Source: Verrucomicrobiota bacterium
Lineage (GTDB): Bacteria; Verrucomicrobiota; Lentisphaeria; Lentisphaerales; Lentisphaeraceae
Direction of reading: 5' to 3'
Assembly: GCA_039798785.1 (NCBI GenBank)
Contig: JBDKFG010000001.1
Coordinates: forward strand, 32,001 to 96,000
Length of the DNA: 64,000 bases
Of the stretch, positions 46,854 to 58,128 are shown in pieces; within the stretch, counting starts at the first letter, position 1; the number at the start of each line of letters is the position of its first letter. The notes under the pieces were generated by a model. The model was not told the origin of the DNA. It saw only the letters and a list, made by a program, of their open reading frames with translations, and did no database searches. A program made the translations under genes and the position numbers.

Positions 46854-47424
46854 ATGGCCACCTTCGGCGTAGAAGATCTCAAGAAAGGCCTCCGTCTCAA
46901 GATCGACGGCAAGCCCTACCTCATCACCGAATTCGAATTCAAAAAACCCGGCAAGGGCCAGGCCGTCTATCGCTGCCGCGTCAAAGACCTGATCACCGGC
47001 AACACCTTCGAAAAAGTCTGGCGCTCCGGCGACAACTTCGAGACCGCCGACCTCGAGTCCCTCACGGTCAACTACTCCTACGAGAACGGCGACGACTTCG
47101 CCTTCATCGATCAGAACAGCTCGGAAGAGATCGTCCTGACCCGCAAGCAGCTCGAAGACAAGTGGCACTTCCTTACCGACGATGCCGAGTGCGAACTGCT
47201 CCTCTTCGAGGGGAAGGTCATCGACGTCACCCTCCCCACCTGGTTCTATGCCGAACTCACCACTTGCGAACCCGGCGTCCGCGGCGACACCGCCAACAAC
47301 GTCACCAAGCCCGCCTTCACCAAGACCGGCTGGGAAATCCGCGTCCCCCTCTTCCTCAACCAGGGCGACTGGGTCAAGATCGACACCCGCACCGGCGAAT
47401 ACGTCGAACGAGTCGCCAACCCCA

Positions 47425-47444
<20 letters not shown>
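46854..47444 (+). CDS. efp: Translation elongation factor P
   Basis: KPGKGQA, PGVRGDTA, VPLFLNQG..IDTRTGEYVER. Confidence 0.97.
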
Positions 47445-49822
<2,378 letters not shown>

Positions 49823-49901
49823 GTCCAACCCTAGGCTTCGGCATACTCCCCTTGAAGCGTGTCTTGCAGGCTTCGGGGGATTTTCTTTGCGGACGACGAG
49901 C

Positions 49902-50501
49902 ATGACGGCCTTCATCCTGAGCTGCTGCGCCTTCAGCATCTCCCCAGGACCCGGGGCTCTCTGCTCGATTCAGAAAAGCCTCCGTCAAGGACGGACCGCC
50001 GCCTTTGTCTCCTTGGCCGGATTGCAAGCCGCCTTGCTCCTTCACTTGATCGCGGTCGCCACCGGCCTCGGCGCTCTCTTCGCCAAGATCCCAAGCCTCC
50101 AACAGGTCGTCGGCTTCCTCGGAGCTTCGTGGTTTCTCTTCCTCGCCTGGCAGCGATGGAACGCCGCCACAGCCTTGCCTGAAGAATCACCCAGGCGCCG
50201 ACTGGGTCAGGAGTTCCTCGATGGCTTTCTGGTCAATCTCGGCAACCCGAAATCCATCCTTTTTCTCGTCGCTTTCCTTCCTTCCTTCATACGCAGTGAC
50301 GCCCCGCCGCTGCCTCAGTTCGCCAAGCTCGGCAGCCTGATCGTCGGCATCGACATCCTGGTGATGAGTGGCTACATCCTCGCCGCCCTGTCGTTGAGCC
50401 GCTTCTTCCGGGAGGATGCCACCCGCCGCCGACTCGACCGCCTCTTCGCCCTCGTCTTCGCCGCTTTGGCGATTTTCCTCGCCTGGCGCAGCCTGGCTTG
50501 A
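49902..50501 (+). CDS. LysE/RhtB-family amino acid exporter
   Basis: SPGPG, GFLVNLGNPKSILF...FLPSFI. Confidence 0.9.
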   Translation: MTAFILSCCAFSISPGPGALCSIQKSLRQGRTAAFVSLAGLQAALLLHLIAVATGLGALFAKIPSLQQVVGFLGASWFLFLAWQRWNAATALPEESPRRRLGQEFLDGFLVNLGNPKSILFLVAFLPSFIRSDAPPLPQFAKLGSLIVGIDILVMSGYILAALSLSRFFREDATRRRLDRLFALVFAALAIFLAWRSLA

Positions 50502-50531
50502 CAGAATCCTCTTCTGTCGTATTTTTACGAC
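50498..50531 (+). promoter_or_regulatory. ars promoter (-35 TTGACA) overlapped by palindrome GTCGTA-TTTT-TACGAC (candidate ArsR operator)
   Basis: TTGACA at 50498-50503; palindrome at 50516-50531 just upstream of arsR. Confidence 0.65.
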
Positions 50532-50547
50532 GAAATGGAGGATGCGC

Positions 50548-50889
50548 ATGTCGAAACCCGAAAACTTCTCAGAGTCGCAACAAAGGCTTGCGGCCTTGGC
50601 AAAGGCCTTGGCGCATCCGGCTCGCATCGCCATTTTGCAGCAGCTGTCGACGGATCAGGGATGTCGCAGCACCGAGCTTGATCTGCCCTTGGCTCGTCCC
50701 ACTGTGGCCCAGCATCTCGCAGCCTTGGCTGAGGCAGGGTTGATCCGCGGCTCCTTCTCTGGTCGCAAGCTTTGCTACTGTCTTGATCGCGAGGCTCTTC
50801 GCGAGCTCAGCCGGGGGCTGAGTGTTTTCACCAGCTCTCTGGAGTGTCCTGATGAAGTAGCGAGCAGCTGCGAATCCGGCGGCTGCTGA
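50548..50889 (+). CDS. arsR: ArsR/SmtB-family transcriptional repressor
   Basis: AKALAHPARIAIL, LPLARPTVAQHL, CYCL, Cys-containing tail. Confidence 0.85.
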   Translation: MSKPENFSESQQRLAALAKALAHPARIAILQQLSTDQGCRSTELDLPLARPTVAQHLAALAEAGLIRGSFSGRKLCYCLDREALRELSRGLSVFTSSLECPDEVASSCESGGC

Positions 50890-50922
50890 CCCTCAATTCA
50901 CCATGTCATAAGGAGAAAGACG

Positions 50923-51546
50923 ATGCTTCATACCAGCTTGAGCATGCACCTCGAAAAAGCCCGAGGGCTCCGCTCTGAAATCAGCAGCGAACGCCGCGCG
51001 GTACTCGGCAAAATCGCCGCCTACGTCCGAAGCGCCCTGCACGAGCGCCGGCCGCCGCAGCTGGTTTTTGTCTGCACTCACAATTCCCGGCGCTCGCATC
51101 TCGGACAGGTCTGGGCCCAGATCGCCGCGCATGCACATGGTCTGCACAGCGTACGCACCTACTCCGCCGGCACCGAAGTCACCGCCTGCCACCCCAACAC
51201 CTTGACTGCTCTGGAAAGCTGCGGCGTCCAGGTTCATCGCGGCGGCGAGACGGAAAATCCCCGTGCCGTGCTGAGTTTCGGTCCGCAAATCCCCAGCACT
51301 TTCGCCTGGTCGAAAACCATTCATGACCCCAGCCTGCCCCAGGCCGGCCACTGCGCCGTCATGGTCTGCGGCAGCGCCGACGCAAAATGTCCTTTCCTGC
51401 CCAACGCACATCGCATCGGCTGCACCTATGTCGATCCGAAGATCAGCGACGGCAGCCCCGCGGAGGCTGAAACCTACCTAGCCCGATCCCTTCAGATCGC
51501 CTGCGAAATGGATCTGGTGATGCAAGTGGCCCAGCAAGAGACCTAA
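50923..51546 (+). CDS. arsC: LMW-PTPase-fold arsenate reductase-like protein
   Basis: CTHNSRRS (CX5R), VMVCGSADAKCPF, DPK; operon context. Confidence 0.75.
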   Translation: MLHTSLSMHLEKARGLRSEISSERRAVLGKIAAYVRSALHERRPPQLVFVCTHNSRRSHLGQVWAQIAAHAHGLHSVRTYSAGTEVTACHPNTLTALESCGVQVHRGGETENPRAVLSFGPQIPSTFAWSKTIHDPSLPQAGHCAVMVCGSADAKCPFLPNAHRIGCTYVDPKISDGSPAEAETYLARSLQIACEMDLVMQVAQQET

Positions 51547-51547
51547 G

Positions 51548-52186
51548 ATGCCCAAGCTTTTTTCGGAATTCCTAGGCACCTTGCTGCTGATCTTCGCCGG
51601 ATGCGGCGCCATCGTCGTCAATCAGCAGAGTGGCGCCCTGGGGCATGTCGGCGTCGCCATTTCGTGGGGCCTCGCAGTCTGCGTGCTGATCGAAATCTTT
51701 GGCAACAGCAGCGGCGCCCATTTCAATCCTGCCGTCACCCTCGCCTTTGCGGTGGATCGGCGATTCCCCTGGTCGCAGGTGCCTGGCTATCTTCTGGCGC
51801 AATTCGCCGGAGCGGTGAGCGGCGCGACTCTGCTCCGTCTCCTTTTCCCTTCGGCGGACAGCCTGGGAGAGAGCCTGCCCTCGGGAATCTGGCAGCAAAG
51901 CTTCCTCCTTGAGTTCATGCTGAGCCTGCTGCTGATGCTGGCGATCCTGGCGATCTGTCGCGACGGACGCGAAAAAGGACTCGCCGCTTCGCTCTGCATC
52001 GGCGCCGCCGTCGGGCTCGACGCGATGTTTGCCGGTCCGGTCTGCGGCGCTTCGATGAACCCGGCTCGTTCCTTCGGGCCGGCACTGATCAGCGGTCACC
52101 TGCAGGGACTCTGGATCTACCTCGCCGCACCCGTACTGGGGATGCTGATCGCCATCCCTGTCCATCGCCTGATCAACGCGAAATGA
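51548..52186 (+). CDS. Aquaporin/MIP channel (probable arsenite channel)
   Basis: Two NPA motifs (HFNPAVT, SMNPARS); lies in the ars operon. Confidence 0.9.
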   Translation: MPKLFSEFLGTLLLIFAGCGAIVVNQQSGALGHVGVAISWGLAVCVLIEIFGNSSGAHFNPAVTLAFAVDRRFPWSQVPGYLLAQFAGAVSGATLLRLLFPSADSLGESLPSGIWQQSFLLEFMLSLLLMLAILAICRDGREKGLAASLCIGAAVGLDAMFAGPVCGASMNPARSFGPALISGHLQGLWIYLAAPVLGMLIAIPVHRLINAK

Positions 52187-52253
52187 AGTCGAGGGAGGGG
52201 GTGCTTTCTTCATTTCCGGCTATCCTTGGAGCCAAGCAAAACGGGAGAGCGTG

Positions 52254-52724
52254 ATGGATGCGAATTTCGACGCCTATGACTTCAGCCTGACCAGCACCAA
52301 GACCTATCAGGAATATCCCTGCGCCCACCGTCAGTGGCGCCACGACGGCCATTGCAAGCTGGTTCACGGCTATTCCCGCAGCTTCAGCTTCTGGTTCGTC
52401 GCCAAGGAGCTTGACAAACACGGCTTCGTCATGGACTTCTCCGCCCTGAAGCCGCTCAAGGCCTACCTTGACGACACCTTTGACCACACCTTGTTGATCA
52501 ACGTCGACGACCCCGAGATTCCCTTCTTCCGGGAGATGGAGAGGCGCGGTGCCTGCAAGCTTCGCATCCTGCCCAACGTCGGGATGGAAGGCAGTGCCCG
52601 GCATTTGTGGGAGATCGCCGACCGTCTGGTCCGCGAGTCCAGCCAGGGGCGTGTCCGCTGCTTCCGGGTGGAATCCCGGGAGAACGCCAAGAACTCCGCC
52701 CTGTACTCACCTTGCGGACGCTGA
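52254..52724 (+). CDS. 6-carboxytetrahydropterin / 6-pyruvoyl-tetrahydropterin synthase (QueD-like)
   Basis: CAHRQW..DGHC.LVHGYS, MDF, FDHT, RENAKNSA. Confidence 0.85.
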   Translation: MDANFDAYDFSLTSTKTYQEYPCAHRQWRHDGHCKLVHGYSRSFSFWFVAKELDKHGFVMDFSALKPLKAYLDDTFDHTLLINVDDPEIPFFREMERRGACKLRILPNVGMEGSARHLWEIADRLVRESSQGRVRCFRVESRENAKNSALYSPCGR

Positions 52725-52852
52725 GAATTCCCGAAAAAGCTTGCAGCTGAGGGCTTGCCAGCCTTCTCAGCCCTTGTATTGTTCGGCTCCTTCCGCCCGA
52801 CTGGGTGGATCAAGCTTTCCTGTAATGAAATAGAAAAAACTGGAGACCTGGA

Positions 52853-53179
52853 ATGACCAAACGTGATCTCGTGGTGCGCATCGCCGACGAAACCGACCTC
52901 AATCAACTGGATGTCATGGCAGTGGTTCAAAAGACCCTCGACTACATCACCGGCGAACTCTCCGCCGGTCGCAACGTCGAACTCCGCAACTTCGGCGTAT
53001 TCGAACTCAAAGTCCGCAAGCCCCGCATCGGCCGCAACCCCAACAAGCCCAAGAACGAAGTGCCCATCCCCGAGCGCGTCGTGGTCAAGTTCAAGGCCGG
53101 CAAGATCATGAAGCAGAAGGTCTCCAAGATCAAGCCCAACGAACTCGCCACCATCGAAGCCGAAGGCGACGACGATTGA
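52853..53179 (+). CDS. HU/IHF-family DNA-binding protein
   Basis: MTKRDLV, VELRNFGVF, GRNPNKP, VKFKAGK. Confidence 0.95.
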   Translation: MTKRDLVVRIADETDLNQLDVMAVVQKTLDYITGELSAGRNVELRNFGVFELKVRKPRIGRNPNKPKNEVPIPERVVVKFKAGKIMKQKVSKIKPNELATIEAEGDDD

Positions 53180-53208
53180 TCTCACCGGCTCTGCCGGCAA
53201 AATAAAGT

Positions 53209-53346
53209 GACCTGTATCACCCGAATTGAACTTGGACTGAGATGCATTCAAGCTGCTTTTCAGGGAGTCAGGGAAGAGGGAGTCGGGGAGTCAAAGCACT
53301 CCCTAACTCTCTAAGCTGTGATCCTGAAATTCGAGTGATACAGGTC
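53209..53346. mobile_element. Putative 138-bp element (MITE-like or structured RNA) with 19-bp terminal inverted repeats
   Basis: GACCTGTATCACCCGAATT ... AATTCGAGTGATACAGGTC (18/19 complementary); internal GGGAGTC repeats pairing with ACTCCC. Confidence 0.45.
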
Positions 53347-53348
53347 GA

Positions 53349-53381
53349 AAAAAAGACGCCCGGAAACTCCGGGCGTCTTTT
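53349..53381. terminator. Bidirectional terminator
   Basis: AAAAGACGCCCGGA-AAC-TCCGGGCGTCTTTT between convergent genes. Confidence 0.85.
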
Positions 53382-53398
53382 GTCGCCGCAGCCCAGAC

Positions 53399-54397
53399 TC
53401 AGGGCTTCTTCTCCGGCGGCTTGCTAAGGACCGAGGCGACGATGCCGCCGGCGATCATCAGGCCAACCAGACCGAGACTGCCCCAGATGAAGAGCTCCTT
53501 GCCGAGCAGCGGCTTCAGCCATTCGCCGAAGAGCATCTTGGCGCCGACCACCACCAGAACCAGGGAAAGCGCTGTCTTGAGGTGATGGAAACGGTCCATC
53601 ATGCCGTCGAGAGCGAAGTAGAGCGAGCGCAGGCCGAGGATTGCGAAGATGTTTGAGGTGAAGACCAGGAAGGGATCGCCGGTGATCGCCAGGCAGGCGG
53701 GGATCGAGTCGACGGCAAAGACGAGGTCGGCGCATTCGACTGTGATCAGAGCGACGAAAAGCGGCGTCGCAACGAGCGCTCCGTCCTTGCGGAAGAAGAA
53801 ATTGCGATTCTCGATCTTGTCGCTCACCGCGACGAAGCGGCGGATCACTCTCTGGATGAAGTCCGCACCCGGGGCGTTGTTGCCGTCTTCGCTGGTCCGC
53901 AGCATGCGGATGCCGGTGAAGATCAGGAAGGCGCCGAAGACGTACATCAGCCAGTGGAAGCGGGCCACCAGCTCAGTGCCGGCGCCGATCATCAGACCCC
54001 GCATGACGATGGCCCCGATGATGCCCCAGAACAGCACCCGGTGGCGATATTCCTTCGGCACCTTGAACATCGCAAAAACCGTCGCGATGACGAAGAGGTT
54101 GTCGACCGAGAGTGCCTTCTCCATCACGTAGGCCGCCAGGTATTTGCCCACCGCCATGCCGCCCGTGAGTTCCGCGCCGTCCACCGGGTCGATTCGGCCG
54201 CCCCCAAGTTCGAACCAGTCGCGGGCATAAGCCATTTCCAAGGGTATCGAGAAAGCCAGCGCCAGGCCGATCCAGAATGCCGACCACCCCATCGCCTCCT
54301 TCATCGTCGGCTCATGGTCCTTGCGGTTGATGATGAAAAGATCGAGCGCGAGCAGGAAGAGCACGAGCCCGATGAATATGGCGATGGCAGTGAGCAT
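53399..54397 (-). CDS. TerC/Alx-family membrane protein
   Basis: EKALSVDNLFV, VLFWGIIGAIVMR, DLVFAVDSIPA, TSNIFAILGLRSLYF. Confidence 0.93.
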   Translation of the reverse strand: MLTAIAIFIGLVLFLLALDLFIINRKDHEPTMKEAMGWSAFWIGLALAFSIPLEMAYARDWFELGGGRIDPVDGAELTGGMAVGKYLAAYVMEKALSVDNLFVIATVFAMFKVPKEYRHRVLFWGIIGAIVMRGLMIGAGTELVARFHWLMYVFGAFLIFTGIRMLRTSEDGNNAPGADFIQRVIRRFVAVSDKIENRNFFFRKDGALVATPLFVALITVECADLVFAVDSIPACLAITGDPFLVFTSNIFAILGLRSLYFALDGMMDRFHHLKTALSLVLVVVGAKMLFGEWLKPLLGKELFIWGSLGLVGLMIAGGIVASVLSKPPEKKP

Positions 54398-54550
54398 GGA
54401 GGCGGATCCCTTTTTGATTTTTGATTATCAAGATATCGAAAGGGACGCCGAATCCTTCGGTATGCCATTCCGACGGCGGGAGAAAATCGTAATCAAGTCA
54501 ATTATTTTCGTTCTGTGCAACTCCGACTCAATCTAGCGCAGCTCATTTTT

Positions 54551-54683
54551 AACCGCAGAAAACGCAGAATGCCGCAGAATTAACGAGGGAGGCGGGAATG
54601 AGCAAGAAGCTTGTCAGAATACCCGTGATGCCATGCTCAGGAAGCCCAACTCCATTCTGCGTTCTTCTGCGTCTTCTGCGGTT
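54551..54683. repeat. Intergenic element with inverted 9-nt-periodic arms (CGCAGAA x3)
   Basis: AACCGCAGAAAACGCAGAATGCCGCAGAA ... TTCTGCGTTCTTCTGCGTCTTCTGCGGTT. Confidence 0.75.
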
Positions 54684-54744
54684 GCCTGAGCTAGATTGCG
54701 ACTTATACAGGTCGATTATTTTTCTGTCCAGGCAAGGCAGGCAT

Positions 54745-55785
54745 TCAGGATTTGCCGTTGGTCCCAATCATCAAGATCAGCAGTATGGCGATGAGCAAGA
54801 GCAGGCTGGCGACGAGGATCAGTCCGACGGGTCTGGCGCGGCGAGGTGGAGCTTCGTCGGCCTTGAAACTGCCGGAGAGAGTGGGCGGAACTTGGATGCT
54901 GGAGACGGTGTTCTGGTGGACTGGCCGGCCGATCATCGGTTTGAGCAGGGCGTAGGCGGCGGCTTCGAGCTCGGCGGGAGTCTGGAAGCGGCGGCTGGGG
55001 TCTTTTTCCATGCAGCGCAGGATCAGGGAGGCGGTGCCTTGGCTGAGCTTGAGGTTGAATTTGCGAGGGTCGTCAGGAGGGAGGACGGCATGTTGGCGCA
55101 GCAGCATGGAAGTGTCGATGCTGGTGAAGGGGAGGCGGCCTGTGGCGGCATGGAAGAGAGTGCAACCCAGGCCGTAGATGTCGGAGCGGCTGTCGGCGCT
55201 GCGGGCATCGAGAGCCTGTTCGGGCGCGAGATAGGCGGGGGTGCCGAGGCCGGAGCCGGCGGCGGTGATGTGGCCTTCGTAAAGGCCGGCTGCGGGACGC
55301 GCCAGTCCCAGATCGGCGAGTTTCCACAGGCCGTCGCGGGCCATCATGATGTTGTCGGGCTTGATGTCGCGGTGCACCGCGCCGGCCTTGACCGCTGCGA
55401 CCAAGGCGCGTGCCACTCCGGTGGCGATCTGCAGCACCTCCTCCTCCGGCAGCGGCGCGCCTTTGAGGGCCTTGATCCGTTCGCCGAGAGAGGAATCCGT
55501 CAATTCCATCGCATACCAGGGTTGTTCGCCGACCAGGCCGCATTCGAAGATGCGGACGAGGTGGACGCTTTCGATCCGCGCGGCGGTGCGGGCCTCGTTG
55601 ACGAAGCGCTGCGCCGAACCGGCATGCTCCGCCTTGGCGGCGAAGAGCTTGACCGCCACCGGCATTTGAAGCTGCTTGTGGCGGCCGGCGTAGACCACAC
55701 CCATGGCGCCCCTGCCCAGCTCGCCTTCGATCAGATAGGGTCCGACACTTTGCGGCGGGATTTCGTCTTGCGGCGAGTTTGACAC
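54745..55785 (-). CDS. Hanks-type Ser/Thr protein kinase with a C-terminal TM helix
   Basis: LGRGAMGVVY, VAVK, HRDIKPDN, DLGLA, GTPAYLAPEQ, SDIYGLG; the GTG start is uncertain. Confidence 0.92.
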   Translation of the reverse strand: MSNSPQDEIPPQSVGPYLIEGELGRGAMGVVYAGRHKQLQMPVAVKLFAAKAEHAGSAQRFVNEARTAARIESVHLVRIFECGLVGEQPWYAMELTDSSLGERIKALKGAPLPEEEVLQIATGVARALVAAVKAGAVHRDIKPDNIMMARDGLWKLADLGLARPAAGLYEGHITAAGSGLGTPAYLAPEQALDARSADSRSDIYGLGCTLFHAATGRLPFTSIDTSMLLRQHAVLPPDDPRKFNLKLSQGTASLILRCMEKDPSRRFQTPAELEAAAYALLKPMIGRPVHQNTVSSIQVPPTLSGSFKADEAPPRRARPVGLILVASLLLLIAILLILMIGTNGKS

Positions 55786-55858
55786 TGGCAGTTCTCCGTA
55801 AACCGGGCATAATGACAAGAGACCCACATGAACTCAATCAGTCAAGGAGAAGCCCACG

Positions 55859-56176
55859 ATGAATTCCGACATCCCCCTGAAAGACGCCGGCTACAACAAG
55901 GAAGAGCTCTACATCCGCCAGAAGGAGGCCGAGCGCCGCGCCGAGCTCGATGCCCAGCGCGCCGAGCAGCAGAGCCGCGAGGAGCGCAAAAGCCACTGGA
56001 TGCGCTGCCCCAAGTGCGGAGGCCAGATGAAAGAGCAGCGCCTTGATGTCGTCCTGGTCGACATCTGCGGCGACTGCGGCGTCGTCTGCTTCGACAAGGG
56101 GGAAGTCGAAATGCTTCTCCAATCGACCGCCCGCAGCTCCTCCTTCCTCGGCAAGATGAAGGACTTCTTCAAGTAA
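55859..56176 (+). CDS. zf-TFIIB-like zinc-ribbon protein
   Basis: MRCPKCG...VDICGDCGVVCFDKGE. Confidence 0.85.
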   Translation: MNSDIPLKDAGYNKEELYIRQKEAERRAELDAQRAEQQSREERKSHWMRCPKCGGQMKEQRLDVVLVDICGDCGVVCFDKGEVEMLLQSTARSSSFLGKMKDFFK

Positions 56177-56279
56177 TTGCCGAAGCATGGTCCTCAAGAT
56201 CCCGGGAGCGTGCTTCCGGGATCTTGTATTGTCGCCTCGCGAGCCCATGGTGCTGGCCTGCAAAAACAAGGTGATCCAG

Positions 56280-57596
56280 ATGACGAAATACCCCTCCCGC
56301 TCCCGCGAAGAATCCCAGGCCCACGGCTGGGCTGCCGTCGCCCACGCCATGGCCCGGCAGGTGCTGGTCGAGGGCAAGCCTCTCGACCGCTGCCTTTCTG
56401 GCTTCTTCCGGCTCGAGAAGAAATTCGGCTCGAAGGATCGCGCCTTCCTTTCCGAGGCCTGTTTCGCATTTTTCCGTTGGTACGGATGGATCCGTCGCTG
56501 CCTACCCGGGGGACAGCTCCCCGGATTTCCTGACGAGAGTTTCCGGCGCGCCCTGGCGGCTGCGCTCCATCTCGACGGCGCTCCCGCTCATCCGGTGCTG
56601 AGCCTCTGGGGGGGGCGCCTGGGCGCTTCGGCGCCGCTCCCCGACGCCAGCTTCGCCGTCAAGGCCCGCTGGGTCGAAGGGAGCCTCGGAGGCGGCCCGG
56701 CGAGCTGGAAGGAGCTGGTGCCGGAATGGTTCCTCGCCGAAATCCCCGCCGAGTGCCCGCCCGAGGAGCTGGTCAAGATCCTGCAGCAGCGCCCGCCGAT
56801 CTGGCTGCGCATCCAGAGAGCTGATCCCGCCGCCGTCCTCGCCGAGCTCAGCGCCCTCGGGCTGCAGCCGGAAACCCCGCTCCCCTCCCTGCCCAAGGCG
56901 GTGCGACTGAAACGCTCGAAGATCAACCTCTATGATCTGCCGCCTTACCGCGAAGGCCGCCTCGAAGTCCAGGACCTGGCCTCGCAATGCATCGGCGCCG
57001 CCTGCCTCGCACGCCCTGGCCAGCGCTGGCTCGACCTCTGCGCCGGCGCCGGAGGCAAGACCCTCCTGCTCGCCGACGCCCTCGACAATCGCGGCGCCAT
57101 CGTCGCCACCGACAAACGAGCCTGGAAGCTCCTCGACCTGAAAAAGCGCGCCCGCCGCGCCGGATTCGGCAACATCCAGCCCCGCGAACTCAAGGGCGGC
57201 AAGGCCTCCTCCAACGAGGCCACCTTCGACGGCGTCCTGGTCGATGCCCCCTGCTCCTGCACCGGCACCTGGAGGCGGAATCCCGACGGCCGCTGGACCG
57301 CCAAGCCCGGTGACATCGCCGAGCTGGTCGCCCTGCAGGCGGAAATTCTCGGCAAGGCCGCAAAACAGGTCAAGCCCGGCGGCGTACTCATCTACGCCAC
57401 CTGCTCCCTAGCCCGCGCCGAAAACCAGGAGCAGGTCGAGCGCTTCCTCAATCAGCACCCCGGCTTCGCCCTCGAGGACTTTCCCCACCCCGCCAGCGGC
57501 GCCGCCACCGGTGGCGTCCTGAGCATCCTGCCGGCCCTGGCCGACAACGACGCCATGTTCGTCGCCCGGATGAAGAAGGCGGCGGCGGGAAAATGA
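56280..57596 (+). CDS. RsmB/NOL1/NOP2-family RNA m5C methyltransferase
   Basis: EVQDLASQ, DLCAGAGGKT, VDAPCSCTGTWRRNPD, YATCSL..EN. Confidence 0.92.
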   Translation: MTKYPSRSREESQAHGWAAVAHAMARQVLVEGKPLDRCLSGFFRLEKKFGSKDRAFLSEACFAFFRWYGWIRRCLPGGQLPGFPDESFRRALAAALHLDGAPAHPVLSLWGGRLGASAPLPDASFAVKARWVEGSLGGGPASWKELVPEWFLAEIPAECPPEELVKILQQRPPIWLRIQRADPAAVLAELSALGLQPETPLPSLPKAVRLKRSKINLYDLPPYREGRLEVQDLASQCIGAACLARPGQRWLDLCAGAGGKTLLLADALDNRGAIVATDKRAWKLLDLKKRARRAGFGNIQPRELKGGKASSNEATFDGVLVDAPCSCTGTWRRNPDGRWTAKPGDIAELVALQAEILGKAAKQVKPGGVLIYATCSLARAENQEQVERFLNQHPGFALEDFPHPASGAATGGVLSILPALADNDAMFVARMKKAAAGK

Positions 57597-57677
57597 TCAC
57601 CAGCCAGGGAGATTCCAGCCTCTCCTGTCTGTCGCGTTTCGCCGGCTGGAGTTTACTTTTCGGCAGGAGGTCCAGCC

Positions 57678-58115
57678 ATGATACGCATCGCCCTCATCCG
57701 TCACTGTGAAGCCGCCAACGCATATGATGACTTCAAGCGCCAGCTGAGTCCCAACGGTCTTTCCCAGGTCCCTGGGACCGTAGCCTTCCTGGAGCAGACG
57801 TCCATTCCTTGGCGGCATCTGATCTGCAGTCCCGCGATCCGGACCCGGGACACCGCCGTCCTCATCGCCCGCGCTTTGGAATCGGGCCTCTCCGTGGTGG
57901 AGAAGGCTGAGCTCTACAATCCCAGCACCCTCCATTCCTTGCAGGCCGAGATCGCCGCCGCGCTCGACGGGACCATGCTGGTCGGGCACAATCCCGGCCT
58001 GAGCGATCTGGCGACGGAGCTCACTTCGGTCTATCTCGCGCTGCCCCCCTCAGGAGCGGTCGTCCTCGGCATCGAGGACGGCGGAGTGCGGATTCTCGGA
58101 CGCCATCTCTGCTGA
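57678..58115 (+). CDS. SixA-like histidine phosphatase
   Basis: LIRHCEA, SPAIRTRDTA, LVGHNPGLS. Confidence 0.85.
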   Translation: MIRIALIRHCEAANAYDDFKRQLSPNGLSQVPGTVAFLEQTSIPWRHLICSPAIRTRDTAVLIARALESGLSVVEKAELYNPSTLHSLQAEIAAALDGTMLVGHNPGLSDLATELTSVYLALPPSGAVVLGIEDGGVRILGRHLC

Positions 58116-58128
58116 AGGCGCCCGCCCT

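Noticed and set aside
54398..54550. yybP-ykoY manganese riboswitch upstream of the terC/alx-like gene
   Set aside because: The expected GGGGAGUA and GAGACC elements were not found on the minus strand; an Rfam scan would settle it.
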